A DNA stretch of 63,089 bases, the filler included, from Octopus bimaculoides (Eukaryota), in the NCBI RefSeq assembly GCF_001194135.2. It is 6 parts of 6 records of this genome, joined end to end, with 100 filler letters (N's around TTAATTAATTAA, not from the genome) between each part and the next. Parts side by side here need not be neighbours in the genome. Positions count along the whole stretch, not along the records: positions 1 to 16,762 come from NC_068996.1; positions 16,863 to 27,657 come from NC_068986.1; 4 more parts are not named here. One strand, written 5' to 3'. Under the pieces are notes generated by a model, which worked only from the letters and a program-made list of their open reading frames with translations, was not told the DNA's origin and searched no databases. Both the position numbers and the translations under genes were made by a program. Shown here piece by piece: positions 13,331 through 25,964 of the stretch (positions are counted from its first letter, which is position 1; each line of letters begins with the position of its first letter).

Positions 13331-13681
13331 TTGTTCCTATAGGAGAAAAAACTATACATCATCAGTTAAAGGAGTATTACTCGTCATAATCTTTTAAATG
13401 ACCTAATCAGTAATTTAAAAACAAGTAAAAGAATTGAAAGCCTATAATATGTCGTCAAAGTCAGGTTAAACACTTTTGGGAACGAGCAATACAATGCTTT
13501 GCTGAAGAGTTGTTGTAAAGTGAAGTATGTCCAGATTTGTTAAATTTTTATTAATAATGAGACTCACTCACTATTGAACGTTAGCATTCCATTTCTGGTT
13601 TCAAAGCTTAGTGAGTTCGGGGAAGGAGGTAAGCCGAATACATCGACTGCAGTACTCAACTGGTTATTTTGTCGACCTCTT

Positions 13682-13873
13682 TAGTACGCCGACCAAAATG
13701 CTTAGCGGCATTTCGTCTGTCCATACTTTCTGAGTTCAAGATCCACCGAGGTCGACTTTGCCTTTCATCCTTTCAGGGTCGACAGATTAAGTACCAGTGT
13801 AACACTGGGGTCGATGTAATCGATTAGTCCCCACCCACCAAATTTCAGACCTTGTGCCTATAGTAGAAAGAAT
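13682..13873 (+). mobile_element. SINE family B
   Basis: AAATGCTTAGCGGCATTTCG..GAGTTCAA..GTCGACTTTGCCTTTCATCCTTT..AAGTACCAG..AGTAGAAAGA. Confidence 0.8.
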
Positions 13874-13875
13874 TA

Positions 13876-13975
13876 CTTTGTTGACCCCGAAAGGATGAAA
13901 AGCAAAGTCGACCTTGGCAGAATTTGAACTTAGAACGTAAAGACGAACGAGATGCCGCAATACAACGATGAATTT
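13876..13975 (-). mobile_element. SINE family B fragment, inverted relative to the adjacent copy
   Basis: GACCCCGAAAGGATGAAAAGCAAAGTCGACC..TTTGAACTTAGAACGT is the reverse complement of the family core. Confidence 0.75.
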
Positions 13976-14159
13976 GTCTGAAATGTAATGGAAAATAGGT
14001 CAGTTTCAAAGTATTGATGTCCAGACCACAAAAATAATGGAAATAGTAGTAATTTCTTTTGATTTCCAGAGAGAAGCAAATAGGAAATAACATTTATTGA
14101 CGAAAGGCAAAATAAAAAATTAAAACTTAAAAAGTTTATTACACTAGCTTTTCCTGCAG

Positions 14160-14191
14160 ACTTAGCAAATAAAAAGATGATTTGCGAGCCA
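14160..14191 (+). other. Candidate 32-nt exon (xDLANKKMICEP), unverified
   Basis: Acceptor gcttttcctgcag, donor GTGAGT, one open frame (phase 1 to 0), non-repetitive context; no homology recognised. Confidence 0.2.
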
Positions 14192-15462
14192 GTGAGTACT
14201 TAGCATTGCCTGAATAACAAACCTAATTGCCCAACTTATACCAACCAGCCCACTCTAGGGGGTTTCTTTTTCTTTTTTAAGATTGGGGGTAGGCAATTCG
14301 GTTGCAAATATTCGAGCCAGTAACCCATTTGGAGGACAACTTCAACCTTTCTTTCCAACACTCTGAAAAAACCCTGCAAACAGTCAGAAATCCTGTTCTA
14401 CTTTCACCCAACAAACTCATTAGAAATTCATTTTTAGCATTCCATGATAAATCCGTCTTCATTTAAAATCAAAATTTAATAGATCACGAAATGATTGGTC
14501 ACCACATTCTTTTGGCTTCTACAGTATAACTTAGAACGGCATACAGTGTTTATAACACAGAGGAGGCCCACGTATGTTTTATGTACGTATTTACCCCAAC
14601 CAAACAAACTAGCAATAATTAAGTGCCGAAGGCGGGGCAGATTTCCTTAGGGAGGCTGGAATAACTGTCAAGCGGTTCAGTGAGTTAGCAATTTTTTCGA
14701 GAGAAAAAAAAAAAATTCTTACCATGTAGAAATCAACCTAAGTATCTCATTCCTCTGGGATTGGTAAGAATAAATATCAGAAGTAACATACTAGTGTATA
14801 GCAGAGGTCAACATTTATTCGGCTGAGCGATTTTGCAATCGTCTTTCAAGCTTAATGATATATTAATTCATATGTGTGTGTCTAGATGCTTGGGAACGTC
14901 AGTGCATAGACAGAATCGTATTTATAAATCTCTATAATGATAGAGGAACGACTACAAACGTTTCAATACATATATATNNNNNNNNNNNNNNNNNNNNNNN
15001 NNNNNNNNNNNNNNNNNNNNNNNNNNNNNNNNNNNNNNNNNNNNNNNNNNNNNTATATATATATATATATGTATATGTATATGTATATGTATATATATAT
15101 ATATACATATATATATTTACATACATACATACATACATTGCAGACGATCCCAAATACCAAATAGCTACACGCTACCACACACATATAGCTTACATATGCG
15201 AATATATACATACATACATACACTCACACTCAAACACACATACACACATATTTCGCTTATGCGTTGTGATACTAATAACCTGGTGTAGGACTCAATATAC
15301 GTGTGTTTCAAAACAAAGTGATAGATGAGTATACAACGGTAAAAAGAAAAAGTGATGACACAGGAAAAACAATGGTTATATTAAGAACTTCATTAACTTA
15401 CAGCTGTTACTGCTGTAAGGTGTAGTGGATTCGTAGTCGAGTGCGTGAATAACTTCCAAAAG

Positions 15463-15810
15463 CAGGGTTTCTCAGCCATTCTTTTTTTTATCTATGGATC
15501 CCTTTGATTACTATATTATTCTGGTGAACCCCCGTTGCCATTTGATATTCAAAAGCTAGTTTTATAGAAACCTCTTTCAAAATCCTATTTTGTTTTTCAT
15601 CCATTAACTTATTAACTTGTGAAGGTTGAACTACGTAAAATATTAGAGAAAGAAACCTGTTTCTTGCAATACATATATCTAAAGCAAAATTTTTAGGGAC
15701 CCTTAAAATACTATCGTGGATGCCCAATTTATTATTTTGTTGCGTGAGCCCCCCGCCCAAATCTTATATGGACCCTCGAGGGCTATATGGATCCCGGTTG
15801 AGAACCGTTG
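15463..15810. mobile_element. hAT-type MITE
   Basis: Imperfect 15-bp TIRs CAGGGTTTCTCAGCC / GGTTGAGAACCGTTG (11/15); 8-bp flanks tccaaaag / tcctacag (6/8). Confidence 0.6.
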
Positions 15811-15941
15811 TCCTACAGCTTCATCGGAGCACCCAACAACTTGTCCACTGCATCTTATACCAGAAAGAACTCAAAGTTAATGAAGTTCATAACATAACCA
15901 TTATTTTGCCTGTGTCATCACCTTTTCTTGGATATATATGT

Positions 15942-16056
<115 letters not shown>

Positions 16057-16061
16057 CAAAG

Positions 16062-16130
<69 letters not shown>

Positions 16131-16579
16131 GTAACAACAAAAGAATATGACCTCGATATTAGATAAATAGAGGATTATTTATATATGTTATATAAATTAT
16201 TCAGAAAATAAAAGGGAAGTTACTCTAACCCTAACTATTGGTATAGTTTCCAAAGGCTTCTAACGTCGATTCTTCATACTTTACTTTGAATAAATATTTT
16301 ATCCCATATTAACATCTAATCTCCATTTATGAAAAATATGATTGAATTTGTCGAACTTCGTAACCCTGAGAACGTACATACATATATATGTTTGCGTGTG
16401 TGTATGTACATGTACGTATACATGTTTGTGTGAGTGTGTACGTATGCAGACGTTATGAACGCAGAAGGTTTATGTCTATGCATTGTGAGAATATGGTTGC
16501 ATGTATGTTTTTATCGTTTTTTCTTTTCCTACCTACTAGAGTAACTCCCCTTTTATTCAACGGTTTTTCATAACGTCTG

Positions 16580-16655
16580 TTGCCATTAATAGCCGACGAG
16601 AATGCTTCATAGCTCTTCGCTGCGATATTCGAAACTCCGAGTACTCTAATGACAA
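16580..16655 (+). ncRNA. Type-I hammerhead motif, U4C variant
   Basis: TTGCCATTAATAG-CCGACGA-GAAT...ATTC-GAAA-CTCCGAG-TA-CTCTAATGACAA; stem I pairs with an internal loop; GUA site at 16641-16643. Confidence 0.6.
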
Positions 16656-16694
16656 TTTTTTGCTGTTTGTTCTAAATTATAACATACACACACA

Positions 16695-16762
<68 letters not shown>

Positions 16763-16806
16763 NNNNNNNNNNNNNNNNNNNNNNNNNNNNNNNNNNNNNN
16801 NNNNNN

Positions 16807-16818
16807 TTAATTAATTAA
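16807..16818. other. Artificial contig-join spacer TTAATTAATTAA in a 100-bp N block
   Basis: 44 N + 12-mer with stops in all six frames + 44 N. Confidence 0.95.
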
Positions 16819-16862
16819 NNNNNNNNNNNNNNNNNNNNNNNNNNNNNNNNNNNNNNNNNNNN

Positions 16863-16950
16863 TTCACCAGTCCTCAGTCAAATCGTCCAACCCATGCTAG
16901 CATGGAAAGCGGACGTTAAACGATGATGATGATGATGATGATGATGATGA
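16863..16950 (+). mobile_element. RTE LINE 3' tail fragment
   Basis: ACCAGTCCTCAGTCAAATCGTCCAACCCATGCTAGCATGGAAAGCGGACGTTAAAC(GAT)n, the same as the tail at 24838-24917. Confidence 0.85.
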
Positions 16951-17295
16951 TATATATATATATAAAACAAGAGGTAAAAGACATTAATAAATCCAGGCAG
17001 ATATCTAGAAGCACTTGATATAAAGCAAACTTGGTTAAGTATATCAATGAGATACTAATAAATTCAAATAGAATTAACATTGAAAGTAAATCCTTGTGTA
17101 TGATAGAAGTAAATCCAAATATTACTTAGAAGAATTTCAAGAAGGAATCTGGAGTATATGACAATACAAACAAAAATAGAGAAAAATTACGTCTTTAATT
17201 GGTGATTTTTACACCGCATTTTTAATTGATGATTACGCCATGATTACACCATATGTTCCAGCATATTTAGATATAGAAAAAGGTACACACACACG

Positions 17296-17622
17296 CATCA
17301 TCATCTTTCAACATCCAGTTTCCATGCTGACATGGGTTGGACAGTTTGACTGAGGGCCAGCAAGCCAGATGGCTGCACCAGTCTCCAATCTGTTCTGGCA
17401 AAATTTCTACAGCTGGATGCCCTTTCTAACACCAACCACTCCGAGAATGTAGTGAGTGCTTTTACATGCCACCAGCACGAGGACCAGTCAGGCAGTACTG
17501 GCATCGGCCATGCTCAAATGGTGCTTTTTACGTGCCACCTGCACAGGAGTCAGTCCCGTGGCACTGGCAACGACCACGCTCGAATGGTGCTTTTTTTACT
17601 TGCCACCGGCACGGGAGCCAGT

Positions 17623-17624
<2 letters not shown>
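17296..17624 (-). mobile_element. RTE LINE 3' UTR
   Basis: Reverse complement of the RTE tail, starting with (CAT)n; includes CAGCTGGATGCCCTT and GTGCTTTTAC. Confidence 0.8.
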
Positions 17625-17653
<29 letters not shown>

Positions 17654-18134
17654 TATAAAATGGTTGTGTTTTGGTGCTGCTAAAAAAAATTTGGTTATTT
17701 TATCTCATTAGAAGATTATCTTTAACCCTCGGTCTGCTCTGATTAAACAGATCTTTAACTAAAAGGATTCCAGCCATGACTATTTCACCTGCTACTCAAC
17801 CATGGTGTGTCCAGAACATTATTTAATGTTCCCTTCCATTTTTTGAGATAGTAGGAGGTGATTTAGGAGAAGTATGATTGTTATTTCCAGCAAGTTGAAT
17901 GACAATATAGATTCACCTTGTTAAAAGATATTGTTGGGGTTTCTATCTATAGAGTAACCAAAGTTTGTCTTAATTGCTACTTGGTTATTACACATCCTTT
18001 AGACGCAGAAATAATTTAAATAAAACGCAAATTTATGTTTGATGGTATTTGATATACCTGGGTTTTTTTAATAAGAAATACATGCCACAGGCCACTCTGA
18101 GTTATTTCTCTTAACTCATTTTTATTTCAAGTGT

Positions 18135-18454
18135 TGGGCCCCACAGAGGCAATGACAAATGACCGAGACCTTTGGCATTATGTCATGCTTGAGAAGAAGA
18201 CCCATCAAGCCAAGTAAAATCACAGTCGTGGCAGATACTGATGTCATGCAAATGGCACCCATGCCAGTGGCACGTAAAAGCACCCATTACACTCTCAGAG
18301 TGGTTGGTGTTAGGAAGGGCATCCAGCCATAGAAGACCAGGCCAAAACAGACTGGAGTCTGGTGCAGCCTTCCAGCTTGCTAGTCCTGATCAAACCGTCC
18401 AACCCATGCCAGCATGGACAACGGACATTAAATGATGATGATGATGATGATGAT
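18135..18454 (+). mobile_element. RTE LINE 3' end
   Basis: CACGTAAAAGCACCC..AGGAAGGGCATCCAGC..CCAACCCATGCCAGCATGG..(GAT)n. Confidence 0.8.
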
Positions 18455-18799
18455 AAAATTATCTAGGTTATAAATATGTTCTACTCTTTTTTGTATAAAT
18501 CTAAGTCTTTTGGCTACTCGAGATAATTTGGACAATGTCATGCTGATGATGGCTATTGAGGCAAAAACATGTCCGTGATTGTCCTCATCTTTCCAGACAA
18601 CAATCCTGTCCTTTTCCTTAATGGTATGTCAGTTTTGGAAAATTCTTGATTTTGGAGATTATCTCCCCAAGATTTTATATTGTTTGGTATTAGATTTACT
18701 TATATAGATAGACAGCATATAGATGGACAGCATATAGATGGACAGCAGCAGCAGTGCTTGGTTAGAAGTAACAAATTGGTTGTTAATATAGGGGAGGAC

Positions 18800-20260
18800 A
18801 AAATATAGGAAATATAAGCGAATCTTTTGGGTAGACCAGGGTTGATAAATTGTCAGAGAGAACCAATGAATACAGTGATAGAGCTTAAGAGGAAACTTCT
18901 GAACCGAGTGATGAAAAAGCTATAGAACCAATAGGCAGACAACTTTGTAAAGAAGTTCTCATGCTAAACATAATGGAAAGCTTTGAAGATGTAAGGGCAT
19001 CAAGTTTTATGTTCATACATTCTAGAAAGCAAGATTCCATCAGTACATGATAGAATAAAAGCACCACTCGATTCAGATTTCTGGAAACCATACTGGTTGC
19101 CAGTAAGAAAGGAAAAACAGTGAAAGGTGATAAAGGATGTGGTTATGTAGGACTGTTTTCATTAACTTTGAGTTTCTGAGAGATCAGTGGTTGGCATATA
19201 TATTTATAGAGAAAAGAAAATCTGAAGAATATGTTGAAGATGCAAGGATAATTTTGGAAGAATACTGTCAGGATGAGACAGTTTGTTGGGTCAGAGGAAT
19301 TGAGGAAATATCTACACTTGGTGAGTGTAGGTGGTACAAAAAGTGGGGAAGTGGGGAAGGAGAGTTTGGTGCATACAAGCAGTAAATTTATCTACAGGAA
19401 TGTTACTCGTAGAACTACCTTAGCAGAACAAATGAATCTTCAATGTTAGTAGAGATACACTGGCAAAGGACCAGGAGGCCAGGTGCAGTTTAGCAGGCAA
19501 GAAAGCTTGCAAGTAGCAGGTTGCACAAAAGGTGGCTTTTGTTTTTCTAGAGGTTTTTGCTCCTGGTGCTGTAAGCAATACCTATTACTGCTGTACAGGT
19601 GCAAGGAAGTATTTTGGTGTTGGGTGGCAATGTAGCATACCTAAGAAAGTGGTATTGACAATCTGTTTAGCTGTCTTGGATGGGTCAAAAGTGGAGGTAG
19701 ACTATCTACCAGGAGTAATCAGCACAGAACTCCTGGCATTCTAAGCATTGAGCTGAATTAAAGTACCAGAAGTGTAAGAATGCAAAGTATGGTATGTAGT
19801 CGGTTGGGAAAAGGACAGAAGCCAAGAGTGTGAGGTAAGCATGCAGCTGAGGATGTGGTGGCTGATGAGAATTCTAAGGACACACAAACAACTTGTGGCT
19901 TAAACATTGATGCTTGTGATAGAAACCAGAGTAAAGTTCTCTTTTTATAGCTCAAAATTAAGATTTTTTATTTAAAAATCAGAGAATTCAATGTGCAGTT
20001 GGCTGTTTACGGTCCTTTTCCTTTCAATGATAATCAATGAAGCAATAATAATACAGGAGTTTGTCTTTTGAAAGTCATATATATTGACCATCCAGTCCTT
20101 ATATGAGCTGTTGAAGAAAAGGTGGGAAGAGGCCTTGAGCTACATGAAGGACATTTCAATAAGATTCAATGCTACACACAAAAGATACACTGAGAAAATT
20201 GCTAAGCAAAACAGGCATCAGAAGTTTCAGGTGAAAAGTACCACCTTCTAAGAGTAGAAG
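18800..20260 (+). mobile_element. Possible heavily decayed LTR-retrotransposon (Gypsy-like) remnant
   Basis: Purine-rich unique tract with short peptide similarities only (e.g. IQSLYELLKKRWEEALSYMKDI resembles the RT/RNaseH connection); no intact motif. Confidence 0.2.
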
Positions 20261-20539
20261 GTACCCTGTTAGAGGAAAACCCAAGAAGTCACGGCAAATA
20301 GTGGTGGTTAACTGAGTCATTAATGTTTACTATTGATGTTTTATTTGCAAGTTTGAGAAAATAAACAAAGGAACATTATATCTGATAATCCAGAAGAATC
20401 ATTAATTAAAAGAAGTTGGTAATGTCTATTACTTAGTTGACCTAATTAGTTATAGAGGTAGCAGTCATCAAAGGACAGTAACCAGTTTGAGAATGGAGAG
20501 GGAGGAAAATTCAGGAAACAATTACCTCTGTTAACATCA

Positions 20540-20977
20540 GAGCATTTCAATCTCTGGGTGAAGGTAAGATGGCATGATACTTATGTATGAAGAGCAATAT
20601 TGCATAGTATTGAAACATGGTCTCCCAATGTGGAGGATACAAAAGAAATAAGGTGAGCCTGTCTGATGTGTTATATCAGTGTGCGTTAACATTATGTCCT
20701 GAGAGAGAAAAAAACTAGGCATCAGAAGTATTTATGGTAATATGTGCATGAAAGATTGAGCTGGTATGGAGATGTGATACATGTGAAGAAATGACATTTG
20801 AATGAAAAGTGGCAAATGATGATGTTGGTAGAAGGAGCCTGCAGAAGAGTGGACTAGCTAATCTCAGATGTCTGGGAAAAAGAAGATGAAAGACCATAAC
20901 ATGCAGAGAGAGGCTGTGTTAAAATTGATCTGTTCAACCCATACTAGATGGAAAAACTGAATGCAAAAATGATGATG
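20540..20977 (+). mobile_element. Old degenerate RTE LINE 3' fragment
   Basis: Decayed counterpart of 24130-24400 (..AILHSIETW.., LSWYGDVIH..), ending in (GAT)n. Confidence 0.6.
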
Positions 20978-21751
20978 TATAAAAAAGCAGGATTCATCAA
21001 ATATCAAGTACAGACACACTCACAAAATCTTTTTATTCTGATATTTTCTCAAACCAATTCCTGCTGAAAAGAGAGAAAAGCCATTCCTTCTGTATAATCA
21101 AAAGTAAGTGGCAACACTTTTGAACAAGAGTCAGTGTGAAACAACCTAATGTTGAGTCTTACTTTGAAGTCAATTAACATCTTCTATGTCATTAATGATC
21201 TTAAAAAATGGATGAATGTCACAAGTTGTCATGTTCCTTCCATTAAATAAACAACTTTTCCGCTAATTGAAGCAAGTCCAATATATATAAAAAAAAAAGT
21301 AATTTAAGATAAACTTAAATAGTTCTTATATTTAGAACTAATCATAGACCATGAAACAAAATTCAAACATTATTTTTTATATAAAAAAAATCACAATATG
21401 TGGACAGTAAACAATTACTTTTTTTTAAATCAAAGAACTATTCTTTTCATAAAATAAAACCACTTTAAAAATATAAAAAGCTTATTTCTTTAATCAATTG
21501 AAGCATGGAAGAGTAAAATGAGAAAAAGAATGTTTGGTTGGTTGGTTGGCCACATGAGAAAAATAAAAAATTAATGTCAGTAACGAACAATTTCATGGTG
21601 TTTAATGAGATCAAATATTAAAAGTTCAAATACATAATGACTATATTGAAGTAATTACAATCAACTTTGCTGATGTGATAATTAAAGTTGTCCATTACAA
21701 TATCATTATCATAGATAAATTACTATATTTTTCTATATTGGCATACAATAA

Positions 21752-22017
21752 ACAATCTACCATACAACATACTTCATATCTTAGACAATCAACCAGACAC
21801 TACACACATTAGATAATCATCCGTATACCATCCTTCATATATTGGACAATCTACTACACAACATACTTCATATATTAGCCAATCAGCCAAACAACATACT
21901 TCATATATTAGACAATCAGCCAAACAACATACTTCATATATTAGACAATCAGCCAAACACTACACACATTAGACCATCCTTCAGATATTAGACCATCTAC
22001 CATTCAACACACTTCCA
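21752..22017. repeat. Minisatellite, 33-bp core unit CAACATACTTCATATATTAGACAATCAGCCAAA
   Basis: About three near-perfect tandem copies at 21859-21957 flanked by variant units. Confidence 0.85.
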
Positions 22018-22119
22018 ATCAGCTTCATGCCGAAACATCTCCTAAGATCTGATCTGCCCATTTTTACTGTTATCTCTTTCATAGGATTATTTTACAGACA
22101 GTTAAGGCAATAACCTGAT

Positions 22120-22320
22120 AGAACCATTAGCACTAGCAGACACAATAAATGCTTAGTGGCATTTCTTGATTCTTATTTGACGAGTTCAATGCTGCCAAGG
22201 CTGTCTTTGCCTTTTATCCTTTAGGGGTTGATAAAATAAGTACCAGGTGAGCACTGGGGCCAATGTAACTGACTACTCCCTCTCCCAAGAATTTCAGGCC
22301 TTGTGCCTATAGTAGAAAGA
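22120..22320 (+). mobile_element. SINE family B, diverged
   Basis: AATGCTTAG..GAGTTCAA..TTTGCCTTTTATCCTT..AAGTACCAG..AGTAGAAAGA. Confidence 0.7.
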
Positions 22321-23429
22321 AGTATTTAGACAGTGGTTTTTTTTTTTACCCACCCACCACCAGTTCCCATACCAGTATAATAATCTATCTTGTACACTAT
22401 GGCTGATATTTCTAACGCTACACAGCTCCCTTGAAATCCTCCTTTCCACAAACAGATCATCCTTACTTCTTAGTCTCTCATCTCTACATTCCATGCATAC
22501 ATCTCACCTCTGTGCAACACTGCAGCATTTACATGGCCTTCATTGTCTACAGTCTCCTTCTCACACAAATATAGAAACTGTTTGTTGCTGCAAACAGAGG
22601 CAATCCCTAACCTTTACTCTAACTACTGTGTTCTTTTAACATCCAATTCCAGCACTAATTAGATCAGTTAATTACCAGAAACTATCAACTATATTTATGA
22701 AATGTCTGAGCAGTAGTAAGAACTTTAATAGTGCTATTTACTTATTCTGAAATTCTTATGATCCAGTTTGCCAATAGATCCTTTTTAGCTATTTTACATT
22801 TGTTCCTTTCACTGAGGACCCAATATGAAGTTCCTGTCCCCTTTGTTTCTTGTATATTAAGCAAAGCCATTTCCCAGACATTACTAAGATTCTGTGCTCT
22901 TCTCTACTGACAAGTAAATTGAATTTTATAATTTTAGATTCTATATTTGGAAAATTTTCTGCCTGTTTGACAAATAATTATCAGTATACCAAAGTTCTCA
23001 CAGAGGCATTAATTTATTGCAGATCATCAATAAATTCAACCAGTAGTTTCAATACTTGTTGCAATTTAGCTTCAGTGAAACTGTTCCATATCAATAGAGA
23101 ACCGTAAGTTAAAGAATGTCCCTTCTTATGTATAAATTCTGCAGTCATCATAGAGCCCTTGACATGGATAATTAGTGGATAGTTAATTATCAACTAAACA
23201 ATCAGATTCACCAAGAATAAATACTGTTGAATTTCATAGCCAAACAGTGGAATGAGCTGGAACAATTGAGCAAGAGAACTAATAAAGCACTAATTACAAG
23301 TACCCTAGTGGTCTGCGAAAAAAAAAGACAAAGAACAAACTTAACTCTTTTGATACCAACCTGTCTGAGATCACTCCAAATGGTTCTACAATATGAACTT
23401 CTTGTTTTGATTTAAATTAAAACCTTCCA

Positions 23430-23503
23430 TCTGGTTCGCCAGTCCTCAGTCAAATCGTCCAACCCATGCTAGCAGGGAAAGCGGACATTAAACGATGATG
23501 ATG
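23430..23503 (+). mobile_element. RTE LINE 3' tail fragment
   Basis: CCAGTCCTCAGTCAAATCGTCCAACCCATGCTAGCA..AAACGATGATGATG. Confidence 0.8.
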
Positions 23504-23979
23504 TTACATGAGTACAACAGGCTTCTTTCAGTCTCCATCTAAACCTATAAGTTTTGTAGAAGGCCAAATCCCTAACCATGTGATTTTGAAATAAACTTCT
23601 TAACCCTACAGCCTTGCCTGAGCTTTTCAAGTAGCAAAATTTATATATAAAGCATTTCTAGAAATAAGCCTGATAAGAAAGGGAAAAAAAACCCCCTTCA
23701 AAAGTGCACACAGTAGTGGAGCATATCAGTTTGCTTGAGGTGCCACTTTAGTCCAATAATTCGAGAGAAAGCACTGCTTTTAGCAGGCTTCAATGTCATC
23801 GTTCTCATTTAACATCTATGTTTCATGCCTGTATGGGTTGGATGGTTTGACAGGATCCAAAGGGTTCAAGGACTTCATTGTGTTCCAATGTCTGCTTTAG
23901 TATTCCTTCCCTACATTATTTTCCTCCAATCAAAATTTCTGTGCCACCAGCTAGCTTTTTCCCTTTCCTAGAGCTACAT

Positions 23980-25017
23980 CAGTGGTTCCCAACCTGTGAT
24001 CCGCAAATGTAGTACTGGGGGTCCATGAACTAAATTCAAAATTTCATATATATATACGTGTAGCTGCTAGAATAAGAATAGCCTGGGCAAAGTTTAGAGA
24101 GCTCTTACCCCTGCTGGCGACAAAGGGACTCTCACTCAGAGTAAAAGGCAGACTGTATGACGCATGCGTACGAACAGCCATGCTACATTGCAGTGAAACA
24201 TGGGCTGTAACTGCTGAGGACATACGTAAGCTCGCAAGGAATGAAGCCAGTATGCTCCGTTGGATGTGTAATGTCAATGTGAATACCCGTCAGAGTGTAA
24301 GTATCTTGAGAGAAAAGCTGAACATTAGAAGCATCAGTTGTGGCGTGCAAGAGAGACGATTGCGCTGGTATGGCCATGTGGTGAGAATGGATGAGGATAG
24401 CTGNNNNNNNNNNNNNNNNNNNNNNNNNNNNNNNNNNNNNNNNNNNNNNNNNNNNNNNNNNNNNNNNNNNNNNNNNNNNNNNNNNNNNNNNNNNNNNNNN
24501 NNNNNNNNNNNNNNNNNNNNNNNNNNNNNNNNNNNNNNNNNNNNNNNNNNNNNNNNNNNNNNNNNNNNNNNNNNNNNNNNNNNNNNNNNNNNNNNNNNNN
24601 NNNNNNNNNNNNNNNNNNNNNNNNNNNNNNNNNNNNNNNNNNNNNNNNNNNNNNNNNNNNNNNNNNNNNNNNNNNNNNNNNNNNNNNNNNNNNNNNNNNN
24701 NNNNNNNNNNNNNNNNNNNNNNNNNNNNNCACGTAAAAGCACCCACTACACTCTCTGAGTGGTTGGCGTTAGGAAGGGCATCCAGCTGTAGAAACTCTGC
24801 CAAATTAGATTGGAGCCTGGTGTTGCTATCCGGTTTCACCAGTCCTCAGTCAAATCGTCCAACCCATGCTAGCATGGAAAGCGGACGTTAAACGATGATG
24901 ATGATGATGATGATGATACACACACACACACATAAGGATAAGCATATTAAAAGGGGTCCGTGGAAAACTCATTTAAATAAAAGGGGTCTTCAGTAGTGAA
25001 AAGGTTGGGAACCACTG
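23980..25017. mobile_element. hAT-type MITE interrupted by an RTE LINE insertion
   Basis: Perfect 15-bp TIRs CAGTGGTTCCCAACC (23980) / GGTTGGGAACCACTG (ends 25017); 8-bp TSD agctacat / agcgacat. Confidence 0.85.
24060..24917 (+). mobile_element. RTE-clade LINE, 5'-truncated (end of ORF plus 3' UTR plus (GAT)n), spans a gap
   Basis: Open translation VAARIRIAWAKFRELLPLLATKGLSLRVKGRLYDACVRTAMLHCSETWAV...RRLRWYGHVVRMDEDS, the typical post-RT region of RTE. Confidence 0.92.
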
Positions 25018-25534
25018 AGCGACATCTTATGACTGCCATACCTCAATCGTCCTCTCATATCTGTCACTGACCACCCCCACCCATCTCACCTTTGTTACCC
25101 ACTCACTATATCTACCCCCACATATCTCTGGTTTCCATTTCTGCCACTGTAGGGCTGTCTCTCTCTCTTTCTCCTTTACCACCTCCCCAATTTTCATTTA
25201 TTATACTGCTGCTTTTCACCCTTTCTGTTGCACCTTCACCTCCTTCTGAGCCACTCCAACTCCAAATTCATATTTTATCACTGACCATGTCCCCACCCAA
25301 GTCCACCATTCACTAGTCACCTCTACCTCCATCTCTAACCATCTATCACTTTCCTCTCACACTCTTACCTCTGCACCCTTCCTGATATTCTCTCCCTACC
25401 CCTATCTTCTATCTGCTCCCTTGTACCTTGACAGCATGATGCTTCCACTATCTTTATCTCTCTTTCCAGCTACTCCTACCAACCCTTATGCAAGGTAGCC
25501 ATGAACCTCATCTACAGCAAAACATACTCGAGCA

Positions 25535-25964
25535 CAGTGGTTCCCAACCTTTTCTACAGACCCCAGGATATTGAAAGGTCTGGGGGGAGGGGGCTCTGAA
25601 ACGGGTGTCAGGAAGTAGCGCCCCTGCCTTCTTGAGCTAGTTTTCCACCACATTTTTTTAAAATCGTGGTAGAGGCCTTGGTCTCGGGACCACTCATATC
25701 TAGAAATTGAGGTTGGGGGTAATCAGGGCATGCTCTCCGTAGAAATCCCAGCTCCAAAAAAGCTTCATGATAGCAAAGGAGAATGGACACCAGCCGGCCT
25801 AAAGATTAGGGTGGGCTGCACCTGCCTACTTTGGTTGCTATGGCATTGAGGTAGATCCAGTCAACGGGGACAAATCCCGGGTCTAAAACACTGGATGACG
25901 TCAGCTTAACATGCTCACAGACCCCCAGTATTAAACGCAGCTAACCACATGTTTTGAACCACTA
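25535..25964. mobile_element. hAT-type MITE with an internal GC-rich insertion
   Basis: Left TIR CAGTGGTTCCCAACC, degenerate right end GTTTTGAACCACTA; 8-bp TSD ctcgagca / ctctagca. Confidence 0.65.

Noticed and set aside
16224-16236. CTCTAACCCTAAC telomere-like motif
   Set aside because: About two imperfect units only.
21024-21063. Minus-strand micro-exon look-alike (GIGLRKYQNKKI); similar ones at 48220-48243 and 14722-14755
   Set aside because: Good splice dinucleotides but no consistent phase chain or recognisable peptide; expected by chance in AT-rich DNA.
21752-22017. CRISPR-like appearance of the 33-bp repeats (and the 36-bp repeats at 43980-44290)
   Set aside because: Tandem units without unique spacers, no cas genes, eukaryotic context.
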